Origin: an uncultured virus (IMG/VR IMGVR_UViG_3300032323_003710)
Taxonomy: Duplodnaviria; Heunggongvirae; Uroviricota; Caudoviricetes
Length of the DNA stretch: 64,000 bases
IMG/VR virus record: IMGVR_UViG_3300032323_003710
Strand: one strand, 5' to 3'
In this document: one piece after another, positions 1 through 9,239 of the stretch
Numbering within the stretch: position 1 is the first letter of the stretch
Layout: the number at the start of each line of letters is the position of its first letter
The notes under the pieces: generated by a model
Databases searched by the model: none
Seen by the model: the letters and a program-made list of their open reading frames with translations, nothing else
Told to the model about the DNA's origin: nothing
Position numbers and translations under genes: made by a program

Positions 1-153
1 AAACCCTGTAGGTGTTCCATTGTAACCATCTGATACAATCATACCATTTTTAACTATTATAGCACCTACTTTCTTTCTTGTACAATGTGAAAGAGTTGCC
101 CATTCAGTTGCCATATTGAGATATACTCTATCATATCTATCTTGTTTATTCAT
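1..153 (-). CDS. dCMP deaminase (ComEB-like), N-terminal part; runs off window start
   Basis: Hand translation MNKQDRYDRVYLNMATEWATLSHCTRKKVGAIIVKNGMIVSDGYNGTPTGF; S-x-C..VGA..GYNG-P motif; not in ORF track. Confidence 0.9.
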   Translation of the reverse strand, partial: MNKQDRYDRVYLNMATEWATLSHCTRKKVGAIIVKNGMIVSDGYNGTPTGF

Positions 154-325
154 CTTTTAATATTTTATTTATTTTTTCCTTCCTCATTTCTGATTTTGTA
201 TTATTAAAATAATCATACCATTGTTTTGACACGGTTATATAATTAGCTGAACCTCTAACACTTCCTCTTGCAATTGTATTTGCAGCTTCATTTAGTTTAG
301 ATATTAATTCAGATTGTGTCATCAT
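146..325 (-). CDS. 59-aa protein: major-capsid (gp23)-like fragment with C-terminal RD-type tag
   Basis: Hand translation MMTQSELISKLNEAANTIARGSVRGSANYITVSKQWYDYFNNTKSEMRKEKINKILKDE; TAATG overlap with nusG stop, overlaps dCMP deaminase start; below ORF-track cutoff. Confidence 0.75.
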   Translation of the reverse strand: MMTQSELISKLNEAANTIARGSVRGSANYITVSKQWYDYFNNTKSEMRKEKINKILKDE

Positions 326-879
326 TATGAATATTTTTTATCAATTTGATGCATTTCTAAAGTAAGTGGAGTTTTTCTACCAAAGATAGAAACTGCTAAA
401 ACTACTTTTTGATCTTCAATTTTATCAATAGTTGCTTTCATTGTTGCAAATGGTCCTTCATTGATTGTAACTTCTTCACCAACTGTAAAAATATTATCAA
501 TTTTCTTATTCATTGATTCAGTTTGTTTACCAATCATTTTGTTTACTTCTGCTTCTGTTAATGATTGAATATCACCATTTCTTTCTGCCAAGAATCCTGT
601 TGCACCTTTAACTCCTTTAAGAAAGTATTTTAACTCACCAAGTGAATTAGTTTCCATAAAGATATACCCTGGAAACATAATAGTTTCTTTCTCTACTTTC
701 TTATTGTTTTTTAAGTAAATTGATTTTTCAAGTGGTACAAGAACTTGTCCTATCTTACCAGTAAGATTTCCTGTTTCTCCTTCTTTATTTATTTTTTCTG
801 CAACTGATTTTTCACGGTTTCCTTGTGTTCTCACAACATACCATTTCATGTCTGTTTTGTTTATAACTTCTGTACTCAT
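325..879 (-). CDS. nusG: Transcription termination/antitermination factor NusG
   Basis: WYVVRT..G.E NGN domain, FPGYIF, KOW motif GEEVTINEGPF, SIFGRKTPL. Confidence 0.93.
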   Translation of the reverse strand: MSTEVINKTDMKWYVVRTQGNREKSVAEKINKEGETGNLTGKIGQVLVPLEKSIYLKNNKKVEKETIMFPGYIFMETNSLGELKYFLKGVKGATGFLAERNGDIQSLTEAEVNKMIGKQTESMNKKIDNIFTVGEEVTINEGPFATMKATIDKIEDQKVVLAVSIFGRKTPLTLEMHQIDKKYS

Positions 880-882
880 AAT

Positions 883-1278
883 TTATATTTGTTTTTCTAA
901 TTTTTTTATATAATCAAGTTCATCTTTAATGAACTCTGGATGTTTATCTATTAGATAATTAATATCATCAGGTTTAACCTTTAGTTTAATAGTTAACATC
1001 TTAAATTCTTTTTCTGTAATTTTGGGTTTATCTACTTTTTCACTTTTAGACCAGAACCATTTTGGAAATGGTTGTGTAAGCATAAAGTTGTACCACAAAT
1101 CCATAACAAGTACTTTATCAATTCCTTTTATGTTCATAAGGGCTGCTTGTTCAATATATTTCTTAGAAAAATAACGATTGAATATAAAGGAAAACTTCTC
1201 TTTATCATCACTCGTTATCTTAACCCAGTCTCTTTTATTCTTTAACATTGCATTAAAGACATCAATTAATTCTGCCAT
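883..1278 (-). CDS. Probable clamp-loader small subunit (T4 gp62-like)
   Basis: Size and pattern FIFNRYFS..A..MN...DK...D.W.N...KWF resemble gp62 family; in a replication operon. Confidence 0.5.
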   Translation of the reverse strand: MAELIDVFNAMLKNKRDWVKITSDDKEKFSFIFNRYFSKKYIEQAALMNIKGIDKVLVMDLWYNFMLTQPFPKWFWSKSEKVDKPKITEKEFKMLTIKLKVKPDDINYLIDKHPEFIKDELDYIKKLEKQI

Positions 1279-1677
1279 TTATAGTATAATTTTATCTATT
1301 TGTTTATCTCTAAATTCTATTGGATCATAATACTTCATATATTCTAATCCTAATACTTCTATTAATTCATCAGTAGAAAGTTCATAAGAAAATGAAGAAT
1401 TAACAGGCACATATCTACCATTAGCTAATTCATACTCTTCAACACCAGTGAAGACATTAAAAACATTTCTAACAATACCTACTCTTTTTGAGTTATCTAC
1501 ATTATCTCTTATTTTAGATAATTTATCAATAAACTCATCATTATTTACTTCTAAAGATGACTGCCATTCACAATAATTACAGATATGTTCAAATAGAACT
1601 TTATTTTTTGTAGGATATCCTAATTGTTCAATTACAGGTTCCCATTTACGAATTATATTCTTTTCAATGTTAGTCAT
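1279..1677 (-). CDS. Hypothetical protein; N-terminus like gp23 major capsid N-terminal segment, C-terminal RD tag
   Basis: KWEPVIEQLGYP...EWQ; ends FRDKQIDKIIL. Confidence 0.65.
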   Translation of the reverse strand: MTNIEKNIIRKWEPVIEQLGYPTKNKVLFEHICNYCEWQSSLEVNNDEFIDKLSKIRDNVDNSKRVGIVRNVFNVFTGVEEYELANGRYVPVNSSFSYELSTDELIEVLGLEYMKYYDPIEFRDKQIDKIIL

Positions 1678-2192
1678 TATTCATTTATATTTTTCAATAA
1701 CTCATCTATATTGTTATCTCTCATTAATCCTGATTCCTTCATTACATCATTCCAAATATCATTGAAGTTTTCACTATTAATATCTTTTAATTTATTAGTA
1801 GCAAGAGGTAATATCTCATCATACATTTTAGGATCTAAATACTGAGCTCTAATGTTATAACCTTTATTTATTGAGAAACCTGTTTCTTTAAGAATTTCTA
1901 CTGAAAAGTAATCATCATCACTAACTTTAGTTAAACCTGAACTACTATTTCTTGATTTCTTAATACCTGATAAATTATCAGTACTTATTGAAAATCCACT
2001 ATCATTTATATTTATATTAATGTTATTTCTATAATTTAATAGATTTAACAACATTGTTTTTAACTTATCACTAACCTCTTCATCATAACCAGCCCAATCA
2101 GCAGTGTACATTTGAGATTTGATAGGTCTATCCATCTCTCTCATTTCCTCAACTACTAACTTCACTATCTTTTTTAATTTCTTATCTTTCAT
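1677..2192 (-). CDS. Hypothetical protein with C-terminal RD tag
   Basis: Translationally coupled ORF; ends MRDNNIDELLKNINE. Confidence 0.75.
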   Translation of the reverse strand: MKDKKLKKIVKLVVEEMREMDRPIKSQMYTADWAGYDEEVSDKLKTMLLNLLNYRNNINININDSGFSISTDNLSGIKKSRNSSSGLTKVSDDDYFSVEILKETGFSINKGYNIRAQYLDPKMYDEILPLATNKLKDINSENFNDIWNDVMKESGLMRDNNIDELLKNINE

Positions 2193-3160
2193 ATTCCTTC
2201 AAATACTTTTGTCATTCTACTTACAACTTCTTGAGGTAGATTGCTAATTCTTAAATCAATCAATCTAACATTCATTTCAATATTACCAACAATTGGTGAT
2301 ATTTGACTTTTACTTAGTTTCTTTTTCTCACAGATTAAATCTGCAATGTTTTCATGTAAATCTGGATCCAATAAATTAACTTCACCAAATTCTAATAAGT
2401 ACTCATCATATATTGTTTTTGCACCAGCTGCACCGATACCTCTTTTTTTACCATTTTTTGTAACACTCCAAACAGAATTAATGTTATCACTTGAATCACC
2501 TGATATAATCTTAATGATTAAAGATTCCATTGGGTCAATCTCATGAACTTCATATTTATTTATGAAGTTATCTAATAAACCAATAAACTCAACATTATCA
2601 TTTAGATTAAAAATATCATCATTTGGTAATTTTGATAGTTTGTTTAAGAAAACTTGATAGTTCTTTGGTAAGAACAATTTTTCTTTGTTATACATCTCAT
2701 TAGTCATCAAATTAATTGTAAGAGGGTCTAATGAATAGTTAACCATTTGTTTAATATCATAGTCATTTGAAACTATAATTACTGATCTTCCTTCACTATT
2801 TGCATTCTCAGTTAAATATGAAATCCAGTCATCACCTTCAATATGTGGTGCTTCTAATACTTTCATTGTTGATTTTACTTCTTCTTTGAACTCACCATAA
2901 GCAGTGTAAACAAAGTTCCAATCAATGTCAGTATCTTTCTTTCTTGTTCCTTTGTATTCTTCAATTAGTTTCTTTCTCCAAGATTTCTCTTTTGAATCAG
3001 ATACTAAATAAACATTTGCAAAAGGATACCATTTTCTATATCCTGTTATGTTATTCTCAAGTGCTTTATGTAGTCCACCAAATAACAGGTTGTGTTTGTG
3101 TAGTGTAAACACTAACTTAGATAGTATATAGTTACCATCAATTATTAAATCTACTCCCAT
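2189..3160 (-). CDS. rnh: RNase H / 5'-3' exonuclease (T4 RNase H, FEN-like)
   Basis: IIDGN, SWRK...YKGTRK, EGDDWI, SNDYD, GDSSDNI, GIG motifs. Confidence 0.9.
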   Translation of the reverse strand: MGVDLIIDGNYILSKLVFTLHKHNLLFGGLHKALENNITGYRKWYPFANVYLVSDSKEKSWRKKLIEEYKGTRKKDTDIDWNFVYTAYGEFKEEVKSTMKVLEAPHIEGDDWISYLTENANSEGRSVIIVSNDYDIKQMVNYSLDPLTINLMTNEMYNKEKLFLPKNYQVFLNKLSKLPNDDIFNLNDNVEFIGLLDNFINKYEVHEIDPMESLIIKIISGDSSDNINSVWSVTKNGKKRGIGAAGAKTIYDEYLLEFGEVNLLDPDLHENIADLICEKKKLSKSQISPIVGNIEMNVRLIDLRISNLPQEVVSRMTKVFEGI

Positions 3161-3180
3161 GTAGTTTTATCTTATTTTTT

Positions 3181-3209
3181 ATTTATACTCAATAAGATAA
3201 GATTTGTTG
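3181..3209 (-). promoter_or_regulatory. Class B promoter candidate (AAC-N18-TATAAAT)
   Basis: Minus strand CAAC-AAATCTTATCTTATTGAG-TATAAAT upstream of RNase H. Confidence 0.5.
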
Positions 3210-3617
3210 TTATTTTAGTATGTCATTAATCTTTTTATCTCTATCTAATATAGTTATTCTTTCTTCAATGAATTTATCCATTTCATAACCAAATGAAAAT
3301 TGTTGTTTCTTTAATTCTAACCAATAAGGTTTACCTAATACATTTAATGTTGCAATTGCCATACCTAATGTAGGATCTGGATATCCCTCAGATTCATATT
3401 CTTCTCCAAGAATTACATAAGTTGTCTTCTGTGATGTAATGGTTGCTCCTGTTCCCCAAGAACCATGTCCATTTCCATAAATTGCATTTACATTATTTCC
3501 TAATGTTATTGTACTATTTGCCCAGTTTCCTGTTGTTATATTAGCAGTTCCTGTTGTAATACTTGTACCTGTTAGTGAACCAGATGACATATTTAATGTC
3601 TTTGTTTTCTTTGCCAT
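3210..3617 (-). CDS. Hypothetical protein, T/G/S-rich N-terminus, C-terminal RD tag
   Basis: Ends LDRDKKINDILK. Confidence 0.75.
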   Translation of the reverse strand: MAKKTKTLNMSSGSLTGTSITTGTANITTGNWANSTITLGNNVNAIYGNGHGSWGTGATITSQKTTYVILGEEYESEGYPDPTLGMAIATLNVLGKPYWLELKKQQFSFGYEMDKFIEERITILDRDKKINDILK

Positions 3618-3632
3618 TTTTTAATCTTCTTT

Positions 3633-4157
3633 TTATATGATTCTGTTAATTTGTATATCTCTATACATTACAGAAAATTCTTCTCTTATATCTAACTCAC
3701 AATCATATATATGAGTGTTGCTATAGTAATCATACCAATTTCTATTAACAACTTTCTTTAATATACTATCATAGTTTTCTTTAAGTAAGTGAAAACACTT
3801 TTCTTTTTCCATCCAATGTGTGAAGTTTCTTATTAAATCAAATCCAATTTTATCAAAACCATAAAAGAATTGTGGTCTTGAATAGGCAAATAAGTAATGT
3901 GATATTACTAAGTTATCATCTATTTCTACTTTTGGATTTGAATACTCTGGTGTTGTGAAGTAAAATTCAACACCTAATTTCATTACTGCTTTAGTTAACT
4001 TTAATACCTGATTAGGTAATCTAACATCTAAGAATAGATAATAGATGTCATCTTCAATAAAACACATAGGTATATTTTGTAACTTTTTATACATTAAAAA
4101 GTTACCTTTTACTGACCAATTCCCAGTATTATCAAGTATTAAATTATCTAAGCCCAT
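3633..4157 (-). CDS. Hypothetical protein with C-terminal RD tag
   Basis: Ends YRDIQINRII. Confidence 0.75.
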   Translation of the reverse strand: MGLDNLILDNTGNWSVKGNFLMYKKLQNIPMCFIEDDIYYLFLDVRLPNQVLKLTKAVMKLGVEFYFTTPEYSNPKVEIDDNLVISHYLFAYSRPQFFYGFDKIGFDLIRNFTHWMEKEKCFHLLKENYDSILKKVVNRNWYDYYSNTHIYDCELDIREEFSVMYRDIQINRII

Positions 4158-4458
4158 TTTGTTTTAATATTTTGAGAAATACAACTCTTTGCTTTTCTCT
4201 ATTATCACCATCTCTGTAATAATTTCTGTTTTTATTTGGAGAATATTTACATTTATACTTAGTATCTGACCTTTTAGATGTATAAGTCTTATACATAAAG
4301 TTATAAGAAGTACCAATGAAGTCTTTAATCATTGGTTCTTGTATAAGAATGTTATTAACATCCCTATGTCTTCGCCACCAACCACCTCTAGACATCTTAG
4401 TCAATCTCTTTATAACCTTCTGATCTTCTTTAAATTTTCTCCAAGCACGATTTCTCAT
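4144..4458 (-). CDS. Basic hypothetical protein
   Basis: R/K-rich ORF in operon, preceded by class B motif. Confidence 0.7.
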   Translation of the reverse strand: MRNRAWRKFKEDQKVIKRLTKMSRGGWWRRHRDVNNILIQEPMIKDFIGTSYNFMYKTYTSKRSDTKYKCKYSPNKNRNYYRDGDNREKQRVVFLKILKQNGLR

Positions 4459-4463
4459 ACTGG

Positions 4464-4491
4464 ATTATATAAATTATTGGAGTAATTGTTT
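4464..4491 (-). promoter_or_regulatory. Class B promoter candidate (AAAC-N18-TATAAT)
   Basis: Minus strand AAAC-AATTACTCCAATAATTTA-TATAAT. Confidence 0.55.
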
Positions 4492-6335
4492 TATTTTAAT
4501 AATTCTACTTTTCTCAAATCTGAGTTCTTACCAAACCAAGTTTCTAATGCACCACTTGATACATCATTTTTATTTATTAGTGTAAGTCTAGGACTATTAA
4601 TAATATCTTGGTACTCATCATCAACTAATGCTGCCAAACCTTTCTTATATTTAATCTCAAAGTTTTTTAAGTCATTTTGGTCAGCCCATTCATTGTATTC
4701 AGTTTGTGAATAGAAAAGTATTTTCTTTTTACCTTTTGCTCTTGGTACAGCAACCACAATAGGTGTCTCAACTTTGTATATCATTTTTCTTTCAAATATC
4801 TCTGGCCAATACTTAAAGAAGAAGTTAATTAATAAAGCAGAAATGGCATTACCATCAACATCAGCATCAGTATAAAAGAATATCTTACCATATCTTAAAT
4901 GTTTCAATTCTATTGGTTGTCCTAATTTTAATCCAATTGCCGCCATAAGATTAACAGCTTCTGTATTTTGAACTAATTTCTGATTAGTAATCTCAGATAC
5001 ATTTATAAACTTTCCTCTCAATGAGAAAGCTCCCATTGTATCTGCAGTTCTATATTTTCTAAATGCACCTGCTGCAGAATCTCCCTCAAATAATCCTAAT
5101 GAACATTTCCATCTGTCTTTACCTTTAGCATCAATAAGTTTCTCTACTTTAATCTTAGATAACTTCTTATTTAATTCTCTTTGTAGTTTATTGTCATCTG
5201 CATTTTTCTTTTGCTCTATCCAATCCAATATAGAGTTAACTATCTCTGATTTAAGAATAGATTGTACTAATTTAGTACTTACTTCAAATGTAGTTCCAAA
5301 CTCTTTAACCTCTGTAATTAATTTCTCTTTTGTTTGTGATGAAAATGATGGATTGATTATAGTTGAATCTAAAAACAAAGTCATATGATTTTTTAACTCT
5401 GTTGGTTTAATATCAACCTTATGTTTTTTTAAGAAGAACTCTCTTAGTTGCGCAACTATTTGTGACATAACATAATCAACATGTGTTCCACCATCATATG
5501 TTTCTGTTGAGTTAGCAAAACTAATTTGTTGGAATCCATTTTCTGAAATAGCAATTGCAATAGACCAACTTTTATTTTTATTACATTCAAAGAAGTAATC
5601 ATCTGTATAAAGTTTAATGTAATCTTCAAATGAATTTAGATTTATTAGTTTATCATTAAAGTATATTTTAAGACTTGGGTTACAAGCAGCTAAGTCATAT
5701 ATTCTTTTCTCAATCATTTTGTAATGATCTTCATCAATATTTTCTAAACCAAACTTTTCAAAGTCAGTAGCAAAAGTTATTTCAGTATGTTTCTTTGTCC
5801 CTTTAACTACTTTAGCTTCTGTTCTATCTCTCATATTATTTGTGAATGTTTGGTCAAATTGATTTTTACCATCACAAGTTGATATAGTGAATTTTTTAGA
5901 ATAGATATTTACTAATACTGAACCTACACCATTTGTTCCTGCCCAAGTTCTACTATCATCATCATCAAAGTTAGAACCTGCTTTAAGATTAGAGAATATC
6001 ATTTCAGGAATCCATTCATTATGTTCTTGGTGTTTGATTACTGGTATACCACCATTATCCCATACAGAGATAACATCATTTTTTATAGTAACTTTGATTG
6101 TGTTTAATTTTGATCCTTCTCTTTTACTCTCATCAACTGAGTTAGTAATAATTTCATCAAATATTTTAAGAAATCCAGGGTTGTAAGTAAGTTCCCTTTG
6201 TGTCATTTTCTCTTCTCCTAATACCCATTTAGTTGCTGTATGAGGTTTAATTGAACCAATATACATACCAGGTCTTAGTATAACATGCTCAATATCAGTT
6301 AATTTCTTATACTTATCTTCTATTTTTTTAGACAT
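4491..6335 (-). CDS. Type II DNA topoisomerase large subunit (T4 gp39+60-like, GHKL ATPase + TOPRIM)
   Basis: HVILRPGMYIGS, EIITNSVD, DNGGIP, GTNGVGS, EGDSA, LRGK, TDADVDG, YKKGLA. Confidence 0.95.
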   Translation of the reverse strand: MSKKIEDKYKKLTDIEHVILRPGMYIGSIKPHTATKWVLGEEKMTQRELTYNPGFLKIFDEIITNSVDESKREGSKLNTIKVTIKNDVISVWDNGGIPVIKHQEHNEWIPEMIFSNLKAGSNFDDDDSRTWAGTNGVGSVLVNIYSKKFTISTCDGKNQFDQTFTNNMRDRTEAKVVKGTKKHTEITFATDFEKFGLENIDEDHYKMIEKRIYDLAACNPSLKIYFNDKLINLNSFEDYIKLYTDDYFFECNKNKSWSIAIAISENGFQQISFANSTETYDGGTHVDYVMSQIVAQLREFFLKKHKVDIKPTELKNHMTLFLDSTIINPSFSSQTKEKLITEVKEFGTTFEVSTKLVQSILKSEIVNSILDWIEQKKNADDNKLQRELNKKLSKIKVEKLIDAKGKDRWKCSLGLFEGDSAAGAFRKYRTADTMGAFSLRGKFINVSEITNQKLVQNTEAVNLMAAIGLKLGQPIELKHLRYGKIFFYTDADVDGNAISALLINFFFKYWPEIFERKMIYKVETPIVVAVPRAKGKKKILFYSQTEYNEWADQNDLKNFEIKYKKGLAALVDDEYQDIINSPRLTLINKNDVSSGALETWFGKNSDLRKVELLK

Positions 6336-6412
6336 TTATATAATTAATTTTTATTTGTATATAGTAAAAACTCATGTTTGTTTTTTATCCAAGTATTTAA
6401 AAATATTGTATA

Positions 6413-6447
6413 TTGTTTATTTATTACAAATATTCTCCTTATCTTTG
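6413..6447 (+). promoter_or_regulatory. Bacteroidota-type housekeeping promoter (-7 TATCTTTG)
   Basis: TATCTTTG at 6440-6447, 17 nt before ATG 6465. Confidence 0.55.
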
Positions 6448-6464
6448 TATTTAAACTAAATAGT

Positions 6465-6602
6465 ATGTTAGATAAATATGCCCCAGTAGGAACTAAAGAT
6501 TGTGAATCACAATGTGAACGTAAGGTTGTAATGACACCTGATGGTCCTGTTATTGTATGTGATGGTTGTGATAGAATTGTAATGGATAATAGAGATAAGT
6601 AA
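6465..6602 (+). CDS. Small Cys-rich (Zn-ribbon-like) protein
   Basis: MLDKYAPVGTKDCESQCERK...VCDGCDR; start moved from 6378 to the ATG after the promoter. Confidence 0.6.
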   Translation: MLDKYAPVGTKDCESQCERKVVMTPDGPVIVCDGCDRIVMDNRDK

Positions 6603-7246
6603 TGGTTTGTAAGTGTATAAAGAAAATAGAAGATAGTAAATTCATTAGTGGTAATTATTATACATATGAGTTTTATAATGAAACTTATTGTGTAATAAAA
6701 CCTGGTAAACCAGTTTATGGAATACCAAATATTAATCAAGTGATGAATGCAGATACCTTCAATGAATATTTCATTGATATGTCTAAAGCAAAACCTGTAG
6801 AAAAAAAGGTAGAGGTAAAAGGACCAAGTAAATTAAGTGTAACAACTATAGTTGATCGAAGTTTAACAGATTTACTTAAACAAAATTTAGGATTTCTTGA
6901 AGCTAAAGAAAATCTTAGATTAAGAACAGTAAAACTTAGAGTAAGTCTTGAAAGAGATATGAAAACTTGTGAGTTACTTAAAAATATTGATCCTGATGTT
7001 TTGTTATATACACCAGAGTATTGGACCACAGTTCAATCTTCAAGAGTTAAATATCACCTTTATTATATCTCACATTGTCTTAAAAGAATTGAAGATATTA
7101 ATTGGTGTTTAACAAACAGATTAAAATTCTATGAGTATAGTGCTTTGCAATTATTCAACTTAATTAAGTTAAAAGAAAAGTTATCATTAGAGAATGCAGA
7201 ACCAGTACAGGAATTCTCTGCCGGGTCTATGATTTATACTATATAA
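6602..7246 (+). CDS. Hypothetical protein
   Basis: TAATG-coupled ORF; N-terminal VCKCIK...FNEYF segment resembles ORF 13430. Confidence 0.75.
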   Translation: MVCKCIKKIEDSKFISGNYYTYEFYNETYCVIKPGKPVYGIPNINQVMNADTFNEYFIDMSKAKPVEKKVEVKGPSKLSVTTIVDRSLTDLLKQNLGFLEAKENLRLRTVKLRVSLERDMKTCELLKNIDPDVLLYTPEYWTTVQSSRVKYHLYYISHCLKRIEDINWCLTNRLKFYEYSALQLFNLIKLKEKLSLENAEPVQEFSAGSMIYTI

Positions 7247-7285
7247 CTAAAGCATGTAACATCATGATATATAATAAATAATAAT

Positions 7286-7316
7286 TTTGAAAATTTTAAA
7301 ATAATTAATATCTTTG
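7286..7316 (+). promoter_or_regulatory. Bacteroidota-type promoter TTTG-N19-TATCTTTG
   Basis: TTTG 7286-7289, TATCTTTG 7309-7316, ATG at 7321. Confidence 0.7.
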
Positions 7317-7320
7317 TAAA

Positions 7321-7875
7321 ATGAAACAGATTACAGAATTGTGGTGGAAAAAATGTTTAGATGATAAACAAAAATTAGAACATTGGTTAGTTGGATTATA
7401 TAATAATGAGAAAGATGCTGAAGAAAGATTTATAGACTTTGCAGAAACCTATTGTAAATCAGACATTCATGCTTATGTTATCTTTAGAAAAATTGCTGAA
7501 CAAGAAGCAAATCATGCAATTTTAGTAGAGAAGATATTAAAAGATAGAAATGTTGAACTATTTGAAAAATCAACTAAAGATGGTAGATACTGGAGAAATA
7601 CTTTACCTTGTATAGTTGATTGTTCAACTGCTGCAGCAATAGGTGCTTATGCAGAAGGCTTATCCTTATCAAGAATGAGAGTTATTATAGCTGATCCTAA
7701 TACTCCAGAAGATTTGGTTGAACTATTTAAAGTAATTGAACCAGAAGAAGCCTACCATGCCAAAACATTGGCAATGATTGCAACTAAACATGGTATGGAT
7801 AAGGTTAAAGATTGTCATGATAAAGGATTAGAAGAACTTGGATTAAAAATTAGAGATAAAAATGAAAAGAAGTAA
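7321..7875 (+). CDS. Ferritin-like di-iron protein
   Basis: Two ExxH motifs (EANH, EAYH) with upstream Glu helices. Confidence 0.75.
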   Translation: MKQITELWWKKCLDDKQKLEHWLVGLYNNEKDAEERFIDFAETYCKSDIHAYVIFRKIAEQEANHAILVEKILKDRNVELFEKSTKDGRYWRNTLPCIVDCSTAAAIGAYAEGLSLSRMRVIIADPNTPEDLVELFKVIEPEEAYHAKTLAMIATKHGMDKVKDCHDKGLEELGLKIRDKNEKK

Positions 7876-8230
7876 ATGGTTATTCAATACAACTCTTAAA
7901 GATTGTAAAACTAATAGTTGTGATACTAAATTAGGTATTGTTGGTGTGTTTGATACAGATAAATCACATTGGAAGTATTATGTAGTTTCTTACTACACAA
8001 ACTCTCTTGGTGATGTTAAAACATCTTCTGATTTATGTGGCTATTCTGGCTATGACTTGGATTTGAATGCAGTTCAAAAATATGGTAAAGAATACACTAC
8101 AAAAGAAGAAGGAATTGCATTCATTGAAGAATATAAAACTAAATGGGAATCAGGTTCAAACTCTACCTTAGAAGAAAAAAGAGACAAAAAATTAAGTCAA
8201 TTATTAGATAATGAAGATGAAAAAAGTTAA
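7862..8230 (+). CDS. Hypothetical protein with RD tag
   Basis: Ends EKRDKKLSQLLDNEDEKS. Confidence 0.75.
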   Translation: MKRSKWLFNTTLKDCKTNSCDTKLGIVGVFDTDKSHWKYYVVSYYTNSLGDVKTSSDLCGYSGYDLDLNAVQKYGKEYTTKEEGIAFIEEYKTKWESGSNSTLEEKRDKKLSQLLDNEDEKS

Positions 8231-8277
8231 TACTGAGTTAATTCCAGTAATACTTTAGTTACTTGGACATTTAATAT

Positions 8278-8308
8278 AAAAAAAGAGGACACTTTGTCCT
8301 CTTTTTTT
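8278..8308. terminator. Bidirectional intrinsic terminator
   Basis: A-tract AGAGGACA-ctt-TGTCCTCT T-tract between convergent genes. Confidence 0.8.
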
Positions 8309-8309
8309 A

Positions 8310-9194
8310 TTATATACAAGATGGTGGTTTCCTATTTCTTTGAAATTTCCAGTGTAATGACTCCCAATTATTAATTTCTTCACTTAATTTAAGTAACTCA
8401 GCTTCCCATTCTTTAGTTTCTTGTAGTCTTATTTCAAAGTCTCTTATTTCATCACTAATATCTGACTCTTTTTGATTTAATAATATCTCTAAATTAGATA
8501 ACTCTTTTTCTTTCTTAGAAAGAACTGCTTCTTTCTTATCTAAAGCTAGAAGATCAGTATCTATTTTTCCCTTTAATTCTTTATACTTACCTTCAATATC
8601 TTGACTTGAGTTTAGAATTTCATTTTCAAGATTTCTTTCTCTCTCATTAATTTCTCTTAATGCATCTTCTAAATTTAGTTCTCTCTCAGTAATTTTAGAT
8701 ATTCTTAATAATAAATCATTTTCTTTTTCATCTAATTGTTTAATATTTTCTTTGTAAATATCTTCTCTATTCTGAATTCTCTTTAACTTTTCAACATTAT
8801 CATCTTCATTCTCTATAACTCTTTTCTCTCTTCTTTGTATATCTAACTCTCTTTTACTAATTAAATCTTCATTGACTACAATAGTACTCTCAATTTTTGA
8901 TGAATTTGTTTCATTGTTTAATATAAACTCTTCCATAAAAGGATAAAGTTTTTTACTCAATATTGCTGGTTGAGGTATTTTATTAGATTTCAGGTAAGAC
9001 AATAATTCTGCTTTCCATTCAACTATTTCAAAGAAATCAGGATTACTATCAACAATATCTTTATCTATTGGTATAAGCTCTGATTTTAGCTTATAGATAT
9101 ATTCTTCAAGTATAGTTCCTACTTTAAGTACAATGATTTTCTTATCATCACCTAAGTATTGAAACTCTTTAATTAATTTATGTTTTAATTTCAT
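8310..9194 (-). CDS. Coiled-coil hypothetical protein
   Basis: Long E/K/R-rich heptads; AATATATA motif upstream (9213-9220). Confidence 0.8.
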   Translation of the reverse strand: MKLKHKLIKEFQYLGDDKKIIVLKVGTILEEYIYKLKSELIPIDKDIVDSNPDFFEIVEWKAELLSYLKSNKIPQPAILSKKLYPFMEEFILNNETNSSKIESTIVVNEDLISKRELDIQRREKRVIENEDDNVEKLKRIQNREDIYKENIKQLDEKENDLLLRISKITERELNLEDALREINERERNLENEILNSSQDIEGKYKELKGKIDTDLLALDKKEAVLSKKEKELSNLEILLNQKESDISDEIRDFEIRLQETKEWEAELLKLSEEINNWESLHWKFQRNRKPPSCI

Positions 9195-9204
9195 TAAATA
9201 CTTT

Positions 9205-9235
9205 TTTGTTTTTATATATTAAATCCTTACTTTTG
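9205..9235 (+). promoter_or_regulatory. Bacteroidota-type promoter TTTG-N19-TACTTTTG
   Basis: TTTG 9205-9208, TACTTTTG 9228-9235, ATG 9240. Confidence 0.65.
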
Positions 9236-9239
9236 TTGT

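Noticed and set aside
4491..6335. T4 gene-60-like split/translational bypass, intron or intein in the topoisomerase
   Set aside because: ATPase and TOPRIM regions are in one continuous 614-aa ORF without insertions.
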